DNA of 64,000 nucleotides from Laetmonice hystrix (taxonomy: Eukaryota): positions 57,288,001 through 57,352,000 of the forward strand of contig OZ249436.1 in NCBI GenBank assembly GCA_965235115.1. The letters run 5' to 3'. Positions 50,229 to 63,582 of this stretch are shown one piece after another; positions within the stretch are counted from its first letter, which is position 1; each line of letters begins with the position of its first letter. The position numbers and the translations under genes are program-made. The notes below the pieces were generated by a model. It ran no database searches and was not told the origin of the DNA. It saw only the letters and a list, made by a program, of their open reading frames with translations.

Positions 50229-52399
50229 GTTCTGAACACCACCCCTCACCATTGTAGAGTAAAGTGTTGTTCGCATTGAAAGCATAGGGACCATTATTTT
50301 ATTCCAGGACCGAAGTGCCCTGTAGTAGCTCCCACGCCCGTCCAGATTATTAAATGAGAGGACCTGTCAGGAAAAATGCTCACGATGACGTTTACGTTCG
50401 TGTGGTTGCAGCTGTGGTTGAGTCCATCGAATTATTAGAGTGAGCACTGACCCCTAGTGGATGTCCTCTCAACCATGGGCAAATGGCTGCAATTGCTGTT
50501 GCTTTCACTGGCAACACCAGTCACATACCGCCTACACAAATATCGATACCTCGTGGGAAAATAATCAAGTGAAAACCAGGTGTATTTTTCTGCGGACCTT
50601 GGTTTTACTCAGTCCACAGTAAACATAAATTTAAATTTGATGGGGAGTCTGGGAATAGGAGCGGCCGAATTAGTCTGCAATGATAGCTAGACGTTTTAAT
50701 GGTATGCTGCAGCCCTGCAACCATTTGCTGCAGCTGCTGCTGCCGCCGCTAGTGGTATTTCACTGACAAGGGCATTCTGAAACCAGTACTGGGATCTGCA
50801 TGTTCTGGAGCAAAACGTCTTCAACAGAGTGATGTCGGGGGGGAAATAAATCAAGCCTGGTGGAAGCAGCCCTCGGCCCTTTGCAGTGTTAAACAAAATT
50901 AATGGAACTGGAGGCCCAAGAGAAACATTTGTCTGAGGGACATTTGCATAATTTATACATTGGTCAACAGTATAACACTGGGCCATTGGTATGCCGCAGA
51001 CATTACATCAGAGGGATACACCTCCTCGCAGACGTTACATCACTGGTTTACAGAACGTCTCGATGGGAGAAGGTCGCTGTCTAGTTCGGTGGGCGAGAGT
51101 CGTCCTTTTGGTTGAGATCAAATATAATGGGTGGAATTTTAACTGCTATTTTTCCTTTATGAACCGTATACAAATAAAATAAAAGTAAAAAAATTGCATT
51201 AAATCTAATATGTACTAATTTTTTTATTCGTTCTGATACTTAATTAAACGTTACTGCATGGATTAGCAGATGTTGGTACCAATTTTAAACTAATCCTGTA
51301 GAGAAAACTGCAGACAGACAGAGACTAAATGTACCAGCTGTCACATGTTGAAAATACATATAGGCGCTGACATTTCCGTGTCGGGCGTCAAGCTTTTATT
51401 TCGGTATAACATCCAACGTTATATCATCCGGGCAGTTTTCACTGTGCTGATCGGGGAGTCTGTGGGGCTAATACACAGGAGAGGGGCAGCATGCAAAGGG
51501 CAACTGTCAAATAAGGAACTCTGTGGACAAGCCCAATTTGTCTGTTCAGTACATCATTGGCCAGAGTTTGGCCAATTAATTATTAAATAGACACGAAATG
51601 TCGTAAGCGCCAATCCCATAGGCTTGACCATGCCGTCGCGTATATAAGTGTTCAGAGCATGGTTAGAAAGAATGGTTGAATGTACATCAGCATTAGACGC
51701 CACATGAAGGTATACCGCAGGACGTCTCCAGAATGACTACATGCCGTGTACGTCCTCAACTGTCATGATGGCGGAGCCTTTTTCCTTTCGTTACTGACTG
51801 TGGTGGAGTTTTCAAGACAACACTACTGACACAGCAAGGCCTATGTAATTATATACAGAACGCAGGCCTCGAATCTTTTGAGCACAGCCATTTTATGAGT
51901 TTAACACTGACTACATCGGACAGGGATCCAGAATGAAGTTCTCTTGGGAATGGTGACTACAGAACGAGTGGGACAGCCTACTCTCCTCATTCACACCAGG
52001 AGGTACTGACCGAAAGGATCTAGAACCTAGTGATGCCTCTGCTGGACTGCTCTCAGTACCGACCCAGAGGACTCCGGGTAGGTTTTCAAAAATAATATGA
52101 AACAACTGCTTGGAATGTCAGAATATTATCTTCATTTCATTTAGTTATTTGTTTCTTTATTTAATTGGAAGGGGGAATTGTTGTCGTATTTTATACTAAT
52201 CGTCAACAATATTGCACAAATATCAACAGAGCATTATTATATTAATATGTGTCCACAACATGGTATACGTATTGCGAATACTCTAGGACCGTGAATACAA
52301 GGAGACAACTGTGATGACATGTTGAATACGTATGTGATCAAGAACAACGCATAAAACCAATTTAGAACAAGAGCTTTGTTCAGTGAAGCCTGGTTAATA

Positions 52400-52700
52400 A
52401 GTTACGGTGCCACTGTTGGTCTCACAGCCATGTGCCAGTAGGACGTCTCTTTCATTTCTGAAGGGGTAAATTGTCACAGCAAGTCGGGACGCAGCGGCGA
52501 GGAGAGCTACATCCAGGGGCCGGGCATGTACACAGAGTCCTCTGGTGGAATCCAGTAGAACTGACAAAGTGTCTAGGTTTTCTACACTAGGTGGCTCTGC
52601 CGAACCTCTCCGTACCACCAGGGAAAGTCTGGAGCCAGTGATGTCATGCCTGCATAATGTGAGCATAATGTATGTTCAAACGGGGCCCACACAAGCTCAA
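52400..52700 (-). pseudogene. Possible decayed transposase C-terminal segment
   Basis: FPWWYGEV....QFYWIPPEDSVYMP resembles a W..G.V...F.WP..ED..WVP motif I recall from invertebrate DNA-transposon proteins; several stops. Confidence 0.15.
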
Positions 52701-55700
52701 ATGTCAGGGGCTAACTCCCGGCCGGCATATTCAGCCTTCGACTATCTGGGGTCATCCAGTACGATAAAAACAGTCATGTAAAATTTGACGTGGAAATTGC
52801 AAGCAGCTGTTTTATCTTAACAACAACCAAAAAGAAATGCCTAATTACGTATGCAGTAATTTGCATGAAAAAATTGTATGACTTCATAAAAAAAAAATCT
52901 CAAACGACGCACTTGTGTTCTCATTAGCCATATTTGGTTCATATTGATTCAATGGATTTCAGTATTGAAATGACTATCCAAAGCTAAGGAAGATATACAC
53001 GTCCCGCCTGACCTGATTGAATGTCTGCAGGAGTTTATATAGCACTATACTTCCAAGCTAAACAACAGGTTTTTAAATACCTGAGTAGAAACATTTCGTT
53101 TTTGCTAAGATAATACAAATGTGCTTGTAGTCCTTATTTAGGTCACTATGACCCGTTGAGGTGTGGGGATGAGGCAGGCGTGTCGCGTTACGTCAGAGGA
53201 GGGCCTTGTCACGGTGGTCATACTGGATGCTGCGGTTACCTAACATTTAACCAGGTCACATGCTGGCCATTGTATGTGCTGAGCTGGACAGATGATGTAT
53301 TGGAGGAGGGGGGGGGGCACGCCTCACCAACTCTTCAGGAGCACTATCATTAGTACTACTCATATATCCGGTATCTAAATGTACTGAGGACTTTTATGGG
53401 TTTCAGAATACATGTATAGGTTTCGCTATATTTGGTTGCGATTCTTGCAAATGTTGACTGACGGCGAACTCAGAGTTCTGATATTGCTGAACAGACAATA
53501 CCCGGCCATGTCTCAAGGGATATACACAACCCCATGGGGTAATTCAGCACCAGGATTGCGGGGGTTGGGGTGATAGAGGCTGTAATACTCTAGGCACATT
53601 GGTGTCTCAGGGACACCAAACCTGGGATTTATTTGCATTGGTTAATTAACAGGAATTACACAAGTAATGTCTATGTTGTCCCTGTCACGCCAACACCACG
53701 AATGGTCGTTAGTGAGGGTTTTATTGGAGTCCATTAGTTTATAAGGTAGTGTAAAATGCCTGTGAATTGAGCAGGCGGTAGGAATGGTGGCAAGTGCTGA
53801 GTGTTAATTAATAATAAATGCTAGACCGACGAAGAATTGGCCAACTTGCTGTTTTTAAAAGGTTATTTCTTTTAACAGTTACATCGATCTGCAACTCCTG
53901 AGCATGGAGGGTCAATTATTCATATATTTGGGTTTGTGTACATACGACACACAGAATATAGTCAGCTGGCATACGGCTGTACATGATTGGGGAAATTAAC
54001 CAACGTGTATCCAGCCGTGTGCCTTGTTATATAACATAGTATATTGCAGATTAGCCTTAAGGAGAGCATTGAAGGGTAAGCTGTATTGACACCTGTAAGG
54101 CTGTATAAAAGGTCAAGACAGGTGTCCGCATTGAAATTCCATGAGTTCATCAAAACTTGGCAGGAATGTTCGTTTTACTGTGCCAGGTAGCTCCAAGCAG
54201 GACCCGCTTTCCTTGAGCTGGATCTTTCTCGTGACCTGGCACCAGTTAGAGTCAGCTCATTCTGGAACCCTCCCCCACATCGCAGACAATGATGAGCTAT
54301 CTACAGGTGTGCAGGTGTCCACCACCCTTTGAACTTGGTGTCGGAGAGCCGAGGGCAGAGTGCGACTCAGGCGGTGCCCGAGTGACAGTGGTGGTGCTCA
54401 CTAAACGCCTTTTAATTGTGATGGGCGCGTGTTGACTGTCATGTAACTGTGTTGACATTGAGCGGGGGTGGGCGGGGGGCGGTATTGTGTCATTCGGCCG
54501 GTGACATTTTGCCATCACTGAGGGACACCAGCAAGGTTTACAGTATGTGGCATTAGGGAAAGGTGAGCGCAGGTAGGCCGAGCAGACAGTCAGAGACAGC
54601 CAGGTAGTCGGCCTGAGCGTACTGATTGTTGTGGTCACTCTGGATATAGTATTACCTGATCACCCCCACAGTATTACCCACTCCACCATGCTGACCGTCA
54701 TGAGAGATGTAAGTAGGAAGACTAAAACCGGCCTCAGGTGAACAAGGTCTGGAGTAGTTTTGTCAGTTTAAACGACCTAAAATGTGTACATTGAGTAAAT
54801 CAATTAAAGGAGTATAGAATTGAGAACTGGTTGCGTGTCGAATGTTGTGTGATACGTTAATATTTGTAGAGTTAAAACTCCGCTTCACCTTCGAAATGAG
54901 TGGTTGTATCGTATAATTAGTATACACGGTGATAACATCAGACCTGCTTGTTATTGCATATTGCACCTTCATTGTTTATTTTCCAGCTTGTATGTTATAT
55001 TGTAAGCAGTGGTTTATTATTTGAAACTTGCTCGGTGTTTATTTATAAAACAATGAGGTCTGCCCGAGACAGAGGCCCATGAACAACACGTGGGCTTCAT
55101 CAGCCATAGCAGCAGACCATGCAGTGCCTTGCATGGGCCAGGTCGATTTGTTTGATGGCAGTGAAGGCGTAAGCTAGGGTTGTGATAAGAGTGCGGCATC
55201 AGTTCTAAAGGTCTCTCTTGGATGGGATGCTGATGCAGGCTTTGGTTTTGAACATAAGAGTTCTAGTGATCAGTGCAGCATCAAGTCTACAGGTCTTGAT
55301 GGGCCATCAACAGTTCTTCGAGTTGTAGGACAGTAAGGCGTTGTCAACCGACGTTCTGGAGTATTGAGCACTGGATTCTATGTGTAAACCCTCCTCTGGA
55401 GACAACAGTGACAAATGAGTCGAAACTCAGTATATAAACCAGGAGTGTGTACCTACGGAACCGTGAGAAGCGAAATGTTATAAACATTGATCTGGGTATT
55501 GACGGACACAGACATGAAAACGGCGCAGCCTATGCCATGGAGTGTGAGCCTGTGACTTTGAGAGAGAGAAAAAGACTTTTAAACAGCCACTTATGATGTG
55601 TGGGTTGACGCAGACTGAGATGTAAGCAGGGAGGAAGGAGAGATCTCTCCGGCATCCTTTCACCGTGCCTGGTAGGGTGTCTCACTGTGGGGGTGAGCAA

Positions 55701-55801
55701 AACACGGGGAAAACCTAGCTATAGTTGTTTCTGAGCAGTGCAAACGAGGGGACTCGTGTGGGCAGCAGCCGCAGCCCCAGCCTCAACCCCAGGCCCAGCC
55801 T

Positions 55802-55849
<48 letters not shown>
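55802..55849 (+). repeat. (CAG)16 trinucleotide repeat preceded by a Gln-Pro-type codon tract
   Basis: 48 perfect bases, preceded by CAG CAG CCG CAG CCC CAG CCT CAA CCC CAG GCC CAG CCT. Confidence 0.95.
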
Positions 55850-55852
<3 letters not shown>

Positions 55853-56032
55853 GGGCCGTTTTAGTAGACAGCGGAGTGTCAGTCGGTCAGGTTGAGCAAC
55901 ATACGGGGTACACCTACCTTCCAGAAGGGTGACCGTTGGTAGCCCCTTCCACACCCTTTTTCCTCCTCATCTTCAAGGACCTGACAAAGGATAAGGTCGT
56001 TTTAATGTGCAGCTAGGGACTTTTACCCGCAG

Positions 56033-56055
56033 ACATGAAGAACCTGTTTAAAAAG
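56033..56055 (+). other. Candidate 23-nt micro-exon (AC ATG AAG AAC CTG TTT AAA AAG = MKNLFKK)
   Basis: Acceptor gacttttacccgcag and consensus donor AAG|gtaagt. Confidence 0.3.
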
Positions 56056-57949
56056 GTAAGTGACCATTGCAGTGATGGATAGAAGGCAGCAGTGTACGAG
56101 CTGGATTGTGTTACTTGGTCAGCCTACTTATTTCAGTAGCTGAAGTCCTCCTGCGTCCTCCTGGAGTAGCTTTGATATAGCAGCATCTCACTGGGTAAAC
56201 CAGACAGAGAGAGCTATCACGAGAGCTCAGAAGACATCAGTCCGCCCACCATCCAGTAACGGAGTCTTCATCCGCCCGTGTCTCGGTCTCTCGGAGACTT
56301 ACAAGAACCTGGAGGTCACATTTTTCCGCCTACTGAAGGAAGAAGTTATTTTCATGCCGTGTGCACGGCGGTGTGGTGCAGACATTGGAGGGTCAACACC
56401 ACATGTTGCTGCTTATCAGGCGTAGAGACGAGTCCCGTTTCTAGAGGAGGTAGGAGGTGGGACAGAAACGAATTATGAGTCTGAAGTACAACTCGCGTCC
56501 TGTCCTTATCGTACTTTAAACCTCAGAGACCGTCAGACGTTTATTATCGTGGAATATAGTAAATAATTGTTATTTGTCCGACAGACATGATTGGATGATA
56601 AACTTTTAATGTATTAATATATGCCAAACGAGGAATCAACTCTGAAAAAGCAAGGTTTTCTTTGCTGTTTATCAATGTCGGAGCTATCAATTAAAACATG
56701 ACATTATGATTATGAGTGAACTTGAATGATTGCTAATTTCAAGGTGACCGCATATATTTACGCATTGCTTTTGTTTACCATTGCTTGAAGCTAAACTGAT
56801 GTATAAAAACATGGAATTACAGTTAGATTATATATTGAAACGGTCTGATGGCCTCTGGGCGAATTATGTTGTACTTCACATGTGGGGAGGATATGGTCGT
56901 CATTGAAGTTAATTATATTTGGTCTCTATATCGCCGTTATGGCTGTTGTTGGGGGCAGAGACTGAACTCGCTTATAGTACACAATCATAGAAGTCAGAGG
57001 TGTATTACCAGAGCTACTAAAACAGATTAACATTTATATTTGCCCAATTATGTCAGGTTAGTGATGGAGAATGTTCTTTTTCTGGCAGCCATAATGTACA
57101 TGTGAGTCATATACTGCACCATACCGTGACGGTAGTAATATGCCCTGTCTTGATATAGAGCACGGCTATATTTATCAGTACGAAAAAAGGTTTATGTGAT
57201 GGTGACTGGAAACAGCTGACACCGCTACAGACAGTATCTGTTAGACTCAGTGTATATGCCTGTACTTTGATAGCCTCAGTTGTTCAGAACACGAATATCT
57301 GCGGAGTTGAACTGATAATGATGATAGAATTGATTGAAGCAGAAAATGTGAAAGACTGGGCGAAAAGTCCATGGTCAGACGTCATATTGGACTTATGTAA
57401 CATAATTGTGCATTCTAGGTTCGCGCTCTGGCATCTTTCCGGTTTTTGTATTTGATGAGATATACTATTTCTCATGATAACTGCAAAGAGAAAACCTTTC
57501 AAGGTAACACCAACAAAATGTCAGTCTTACTCTGAAACACAGCTGGTGGCATCAGCATGGGCTGATGATGTCATTAACATTCTGGTGTTTGGAGTCATTG
57601 CTACGATACCGGAACGCATTGCATATGTATGGGCCAGACACTGACACTAATCACTGGTCGTCATGGTAACGAAAAGGACTGATTAGGAATCAACTGGAAA
57701 GTACAACTTGTACTAATACTTCCATGGAGATAGCGTCAGACTCAGAGGCTGTATTGTATATTTTGTAAATTCTATATTCCAGCATTAATTTGTCACAGCT
57801 GGGAGGGAACCATCCGCAGAATATGGCGTCATAGGGGACGGCGGTCAATGGAACTATGCAGAACGTTATTATTAGAAAACAGAAATTTGTACATGCGGTT
57901 TACCAATCTCTTGAATTGGGTTGTTGTCCTGTGGTTTGGCGTTAAATAG

Positions 57950-60900
57950 TGACAAATAAATTAAACTTATGCAATATTGATTCAGAAGATAGCCGCTCAG
58001 CCCGACACGGCGTAAAACCATTACTCACTCACTCACGAGAAGTTCAGCTGTGTTATTGTAAATTTTACTTGGATGGTTGATTGTAGAGAGCCTCACGGTG
58101 TTGTACTGTGGCCTGTTATAATATCATTATGCAGAGCTCAGTGAAGCCGTGTGTTTGCATCCAATGACGATGCGGTGTGAGAAGATGAGGAATGTGTAGG
58201 AGTGTGCCGGCAGCAGCCTGCCGCTGTTTCCCTCGGGTTGAGCTCTTGACCTTAAACCTAGGAGTCTGCCTGACGGTGGCTCCCGACCACAGCCGTCCGC
58301 CGGGACTGAGAATCATGATGGTGATGCTCCACCTTCACGACATCGATTGACACATGAGTCAACCCGCACGGCCTTATCTCAATGTTCTACTTCCATAGAT
58401 GTGTAGCCAATATCCCCGACTTAAAATCACATATACCCAATGACTGAAAGAAAAAAGAGCCATCAAAGCGAAACGAGCTATGGATGCTCTCATGTGGTTT
58501 ATAGACCATTCATTGATCAGCAGCTGAGAGGGTATTTTCCTATGGCTTCCCTCAGCAATCATTTGATTGGTGTTCGTCCTTTGGGGTCAAGTATGTATTT
58601 AGGTGGAGTAGATGGGAATTGATGGACGGTCAGAGTATAGACTGCCATCCTAATGCTGGCTGGCGGACGTAGGCTTGGACATTGATGGCAGAGAATGGTT
58701 GGGTACTTAGACTGGAGGTAATTCAGTTGGTCACTCACGATGCTGTTTTGGCATTGCAGGATTGTGGCCTGTCATTGGATGTTCCAGCCTGACATTTCGG
58801 GATGACCTGATTAGGAAGAGATGACAAGGCTGAAACAGTTACCATTGACCACTACGTGGGTGAAAGTGTGCCCCCTGTGGCAACCAGCCTAGCATAACTT
58901 GAGTAGATTCCAGTTATCGGTCTGTAACACCAGACTCGCAAGGCTCACATTGTCACTAGGGTTAGCACCCATCCTGCATTATAGGATTCCTTCTGGGTGT
59001 AAAAAAGTTTATTTTCATTACACATGTACATGATTTCCTTCATACAAATACGTTGTCGGATTTTTAGTTTGCCATCCCCCTTCCAGGGGTGTGAGTTGTC
59101 ATGAAGCAAACTCGAAACTTCACTGTGCGATTTTCTCATCCAAAGTCTATGTGTCGAGACTTTAAAAATGGAGAAGAGGCTTTAAGAGAATGGTCATTCG
59201 AATTCTCTGGACTGATGTGCTTATTATCAGTACTGACCTATTCATAGGTTCTCTATGAGTGAGTATCGTCTACCTTACTCTGACAGCCTTACAAGAATAA
59301 GCTTTCTCCATTCCAAGTAATCCTTTTGAAGATCTCTGATGGCACAGATTTTGGGACAGTCAGCGAGGAAATAGGAACCGAAAAATGGGAGGACAACTCC
59401 GACAAGGTCTGAGTATGAAAAACAATGAGGCACTCTATCTCAAGGACAATGAGTGGGTTGAGACTGGGCCCCGTATGTGACCCGGGGTAAATCAAGGGAC
59501 CCAGTTATAGTCTTGAGATTACTTGAACAGCTGTTCAGTTAGTTGACAGGGCATTGACAACGGTGGCTGAATACGTACTTTGGGCAGCCCTGATGGACAA
59601 GACCAAGATGTATGGCCATTACGGGGTGCTAAGGCAGTCGGCGCCGCCGCCGTCAATGTCGTTTCTAAAGGATGATGTACAGCAGGAATGCTTGAAGAAG
59701 AACCAGTTCCTCATTATATTTGAGTAATTTCGGCAGACCTAGATTCATGTACAGTATATAGGACATTTTTGCGATTCGCAGGCAGTACGCATGGCGGCAA
59801 TATTCATTAGCAGGTCAGTATTGTGTTGTACCGGAGTACCGGGCAGGATGTCCTTGGGGACTTCCAGACAGGAGGGTGGTAAATGTAGGCGTGCATTGGA
59901 GATCGAGAGTGGGGTGTATGGCGGGGAAACTGAGGGCGGTGGTTGGCTAGCAGTATTCGAGTGGTGTGAGTCAGAGCAACCGGCCGGTCCCGAGTGGGAG
60001 GGGTCAGCCGGGCAGAGGGTTGGGCACCAAGTCTCTATCTACGCGCCTGTACAACCCCGGCTGCAGGCACGGTGAGGAGCGTTGTAAAGCTCAGATCTGA
60101 CCAACAGGCTTCCACCTCCTTGAGAACTTCTCATGTCAGCTAAGCAAATAAAGCTCAATTGAACACTTCTAATGGTTAGCGGCGGCCGGGTGAACTCGAT
60201 ATGAAGGGCACAGGAAGATGTGTGTTGGGCGGGTTGGGAGAGAAGTGGACGCTGACAGCGGCCCATGTTGGCGGCCATCTCGGTGGCCTCCAGGGCAGCT
60301 CCAGCACTTCTCCAACCCCTGACGGTGCCTCCACCCCTCCTGCCCCATAAGGCATATGGGCGCCATGTTTTGAAACCCGACCCAGCCCCTAGTCAACGAG
60401 TTTGCCAGATCTTGAGCAGTCAGTTATTTTTGTCAGTGAAGGATGCTGAATAGATAATTTGATATTGAAACTTGACGTAGAGGAGGGACCAGCCATTTTG
60501 GAAACTTTGGTCTGCTCCCAGATTTTCCTCCTGTATGTTTACCTTTTCGCGGAGATAAGGGGAGGCCGAGAGATAGAGACGCTGCAAGGCTGTGGATGTA
60601 AGCAAGATGTTGAAGCGGTTCGCGTCCTGGGTAAGTGCATCAGTTTCTTGCCCAGCGTGAGGGCAGTGGAGGAGGGTGAGAAGGAGGTGGGTGGGGGAGC
60701 GGCAGTCGGCCATCATGGAGCCTGGCGTCCCTCCACCAGCCTCGCTCTCGATGCCGCCGATAGCAACCGTACCACATGCCGGGATACCACGACCGACCGT
60801 CCGGGTTGTTGCCTCCATGTCACCAGGTGCTTGCTTGCTGGGTTACTGTGAAGGCGGCAGGGCTATTTCTGCGCCCACACCAGTCAGAATGAACAGCGGT

Positions 60901-63300
60901 ATGAAAAATACCCTGCGTGATGGAGTTATTCAGATAACCTCCCCACTTCTAGGTTGTCAGATGGAAGGTCGGGCCTCCCCCTACAAACAGTGTGGTTGAT
61001 AATTGTAGACGGTAAAATGGTGCTTGGGTAACATTGAATTCCCGCAGCGTGGAGGACGACTCACGGTGGTGTACATACCTCCATGCTTCCATAATAGCAT
61101 ACTAAAGTTTACTAAGCCCCAGTTGCAGTGCCATCCTCTTCCATCCACAGAGAGTAGACATAGGTAGAAAAAGGAGAGCGAGCCAGCAGCTGGGCTGTCA
61201 GTGAGTTATTCTCTGGGCAGCCATCGTTCCAGGCATTCCTGGCAGAGCTCACGGAGTGCTGGTACAGGATGGTATGGTAGAAGCAGGGTTCTTTACATGA
61301 TCACGGTGCTTTATCACTGCAGAAAGCATTACAAAATGGGAGGGGCCTCTAATATCGTCTCCTGCTTTGCCAACGCCACAGAAACTGGGAGAAAAATCCC
61401 AAAACTTCCCGTAAAAACATCACGGGCAGTGATCGAACGTATAGATCTTACTCATAATTGCACTCACTTAGACAAGAGTTAGGCGAAGTTAGTTAGTGGT
61501 CAGGTCAAAGTTATACTTAACATGTTAATAAAGGCGGCTCCTATTTTGAACGCGTTCTTTGTAACAATTGAAACTGGTTATTACTTTTTGGGCTATCCTG
61601 GAGCCCAACCCCTACCAAACAAATTATTGACACGGTTACATAGCATGGTAATATTATTTCTGTTCAGAAATATAGCTGCCAGTCTGTTAGATGGGCCATT
61701 ATATTAACGGATGTTTACGTAGAGAGAAAGCGTGAGAGGCTATGAATACAGTTTCATTAAAAGGGTTAAGGGTGAGTCTGTTCCCTTTCCTCCGTTATGA
61801 AGGTTGTCATCGCTCACCACCCAGACCTGCCGTCCACCTTGCTCACCGATATGATTGGGATATGTGTTATGCCATCCACAGTTTATAGTTGGCATACCTC
61901 CCGTCTACTACTGTTTGCCTGTTACAGGCCTCGGTGAGATTTTTTTGTTTGTTTACCAGAGGTTGGGGATGGTGGTTAAGTGAATGATGTGGTAACTTTT
62001 CCTTGACAAAAATACATCATTGAACTACTGAAACTGATAATCAGAGTCTGCTATGTTTAACCTGGTGCACTGTGTCGGTGCTTTAAGCTGTCATCAAGGA
62101 TGTCATTTGGTGTGGGTCGGTACAACCTTATCATTGACGTAAATCCACCTGCCCGGAGAGGGACCTGCCCCGTCTCATCCTGTCGGTAGTGCACCGCTCT
62201 CAGGAAAACGGTCAGGAATTTGGGTCCAGTCGAAAGGTTGGGGTGAGACTGGTGCCCCAGAATAAAGCAGTAGGTGCAACTCTTGTGTACGGTGAAGAAC
62301 TGCTGTGGGAGGGATCTATTTCTTGACCGCGGAGGACCATAGTCCTGGAGACACAACCCGTGTTCACAATCGAGGCCTGGAGGAAATTACAATAACATTA
62401 ATGTCGTCCAACCTCCTTCTCGGGAACTGCTGAGGTCAAGTGCAACAACACATCAGCTCAAAGTTACGGATGAGCCGGACTCTTTTGCATATCAAAGTTC
62501 TTTGCAACGGCCAACCCAGGGAGAGGTTCTTGGTTTGTCACCAAGGAACAGGCTTTCGCTGTTTCTGAAACAGTTGTCTTTGTCTCTGACCCCAGAATTT
62601 GGTACCAACATCAATATTCATATGATTGAGGCGGTGATATATAAGATCAGATGACCCCGTGATGGGGCCTGTCCACACCGGGTCAACCCGCCACGGGCTA
62701 GGGGGACACTTCTCGGCCTAGAGAGGATGGGCTTGTTGATACAACAGGTGCCCCCTGATAACCTTACAGGTCACCACCGGCAATGACACCCCCCCCCCCC
62801 GTCCACCAACAACCTGACAGTGTAGAAAGACTGAAAGAAACTATGAAAAAAAACTCAGAGGGAGGTCATGTAGGAGTCATATTTCAATCAGTCAGTGTTC
62901 CAACGGAAATGAGCCGTAGGTCCAAGAAATTCCAGCATAACATCGTTCTTATTGTAGTGTCCTCTAATAATTCTGAACAGTTAGTTCCAATTTCAAGAAC
63001 CAGGGAAGCCCATGAATGTCAACGCGGGGATTTCATATAAGTACCGATATATATCTTTAGTTGCCTCCTGCACATCGACTGGCAGCGTTCACGAACCGTG
63101 GATCTTGACGTAATGGTAGACATCCGTTATGAAGTGACGCGTCACCGTCAGCATATCCTGACCTGCCGTTCGCGAGGTCAGATGTACAGCCAGCAGAGCC
63201 CCCTGGCGGAGGACCTGACCCACAGTGACTCGGCTTGACATCGATACCCTTTGACCTCCTATAACCTGACCCAGCTCGCCCAACATCTTGTTATTTCAGC
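57950..63300 (-). mobile_element. Near full-length decayed L1/Tx1-like retrotransposon
   Basis: Domains in the correct order on the minus strand. ORF1: NTGCVSRTMVL and zinc-knuckle-like CTYCFILGH (about 62230-62400). Endonuclease: KIYTF..ALAKQET, VDGR, REFNV (about 61030-61460). RT: AYCLRI..YIL..LG, W..CTSS..IDG, GLVHQGCP, SYSDLV (about 59400-59800). Post-RT: WKGDGK (about 59070) and a C-terminal W.I...GRL...H region (about 58150-58330). Confidence 0.6.
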
Positions 63301-63450
63301 AGCATCTGCAGCTAGGGCGTCTGTCAATAAAACTGGAGGTCAGCTATAATGAAACCGGCCGTAGTCAAATGAATTGGTCATTGGTTTTGGAATGCCTGGA
63401 CACTGCGGTTTCCTGAAGGTGTCGTATGTGAAAGTTAAATTCCTAGATGC

Positions 63451-63582
63451 CAGGGCCCGGTTCACAAACAAAGTCACGTCAATTTTAATTAACTTGAAAT
63501 CGATTTTAACCAATCAGATTCAAGTAAAATTGACTTTAAGTCAATTAAAATTGACTTGACTTTGTTTGTGAACCGGGCCCTG
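63451..63582. mobile_element. Near-palindromic MITE, 132 bp
   Basis: About 47-bp arms CAGGGCCCGGTTCACAAACAAAGTCA(C/A)GTCAATTTTAATT with 2-3 mismatches. The flanks read either as a 4-bp TSD ATGC (CAG..CTG ends) or as a 6-bp TSD GATGCC (AG..CT ends). Confidence 0.85.

Noticed and set aside
55715-55954. Poly-Leu (minus) and poly-Ala (plus) ORFs
   Set aside because: These are alternative frames of the CAG repeat.
58500-59100. Second RT core (RNVRLEHPM resembling RGVRQGCP)
   Set aside because: A better RT match (GLVHQGCP with flanking motifs) lies at 59400-59800, and this region fits the post-RT W.GK segment.
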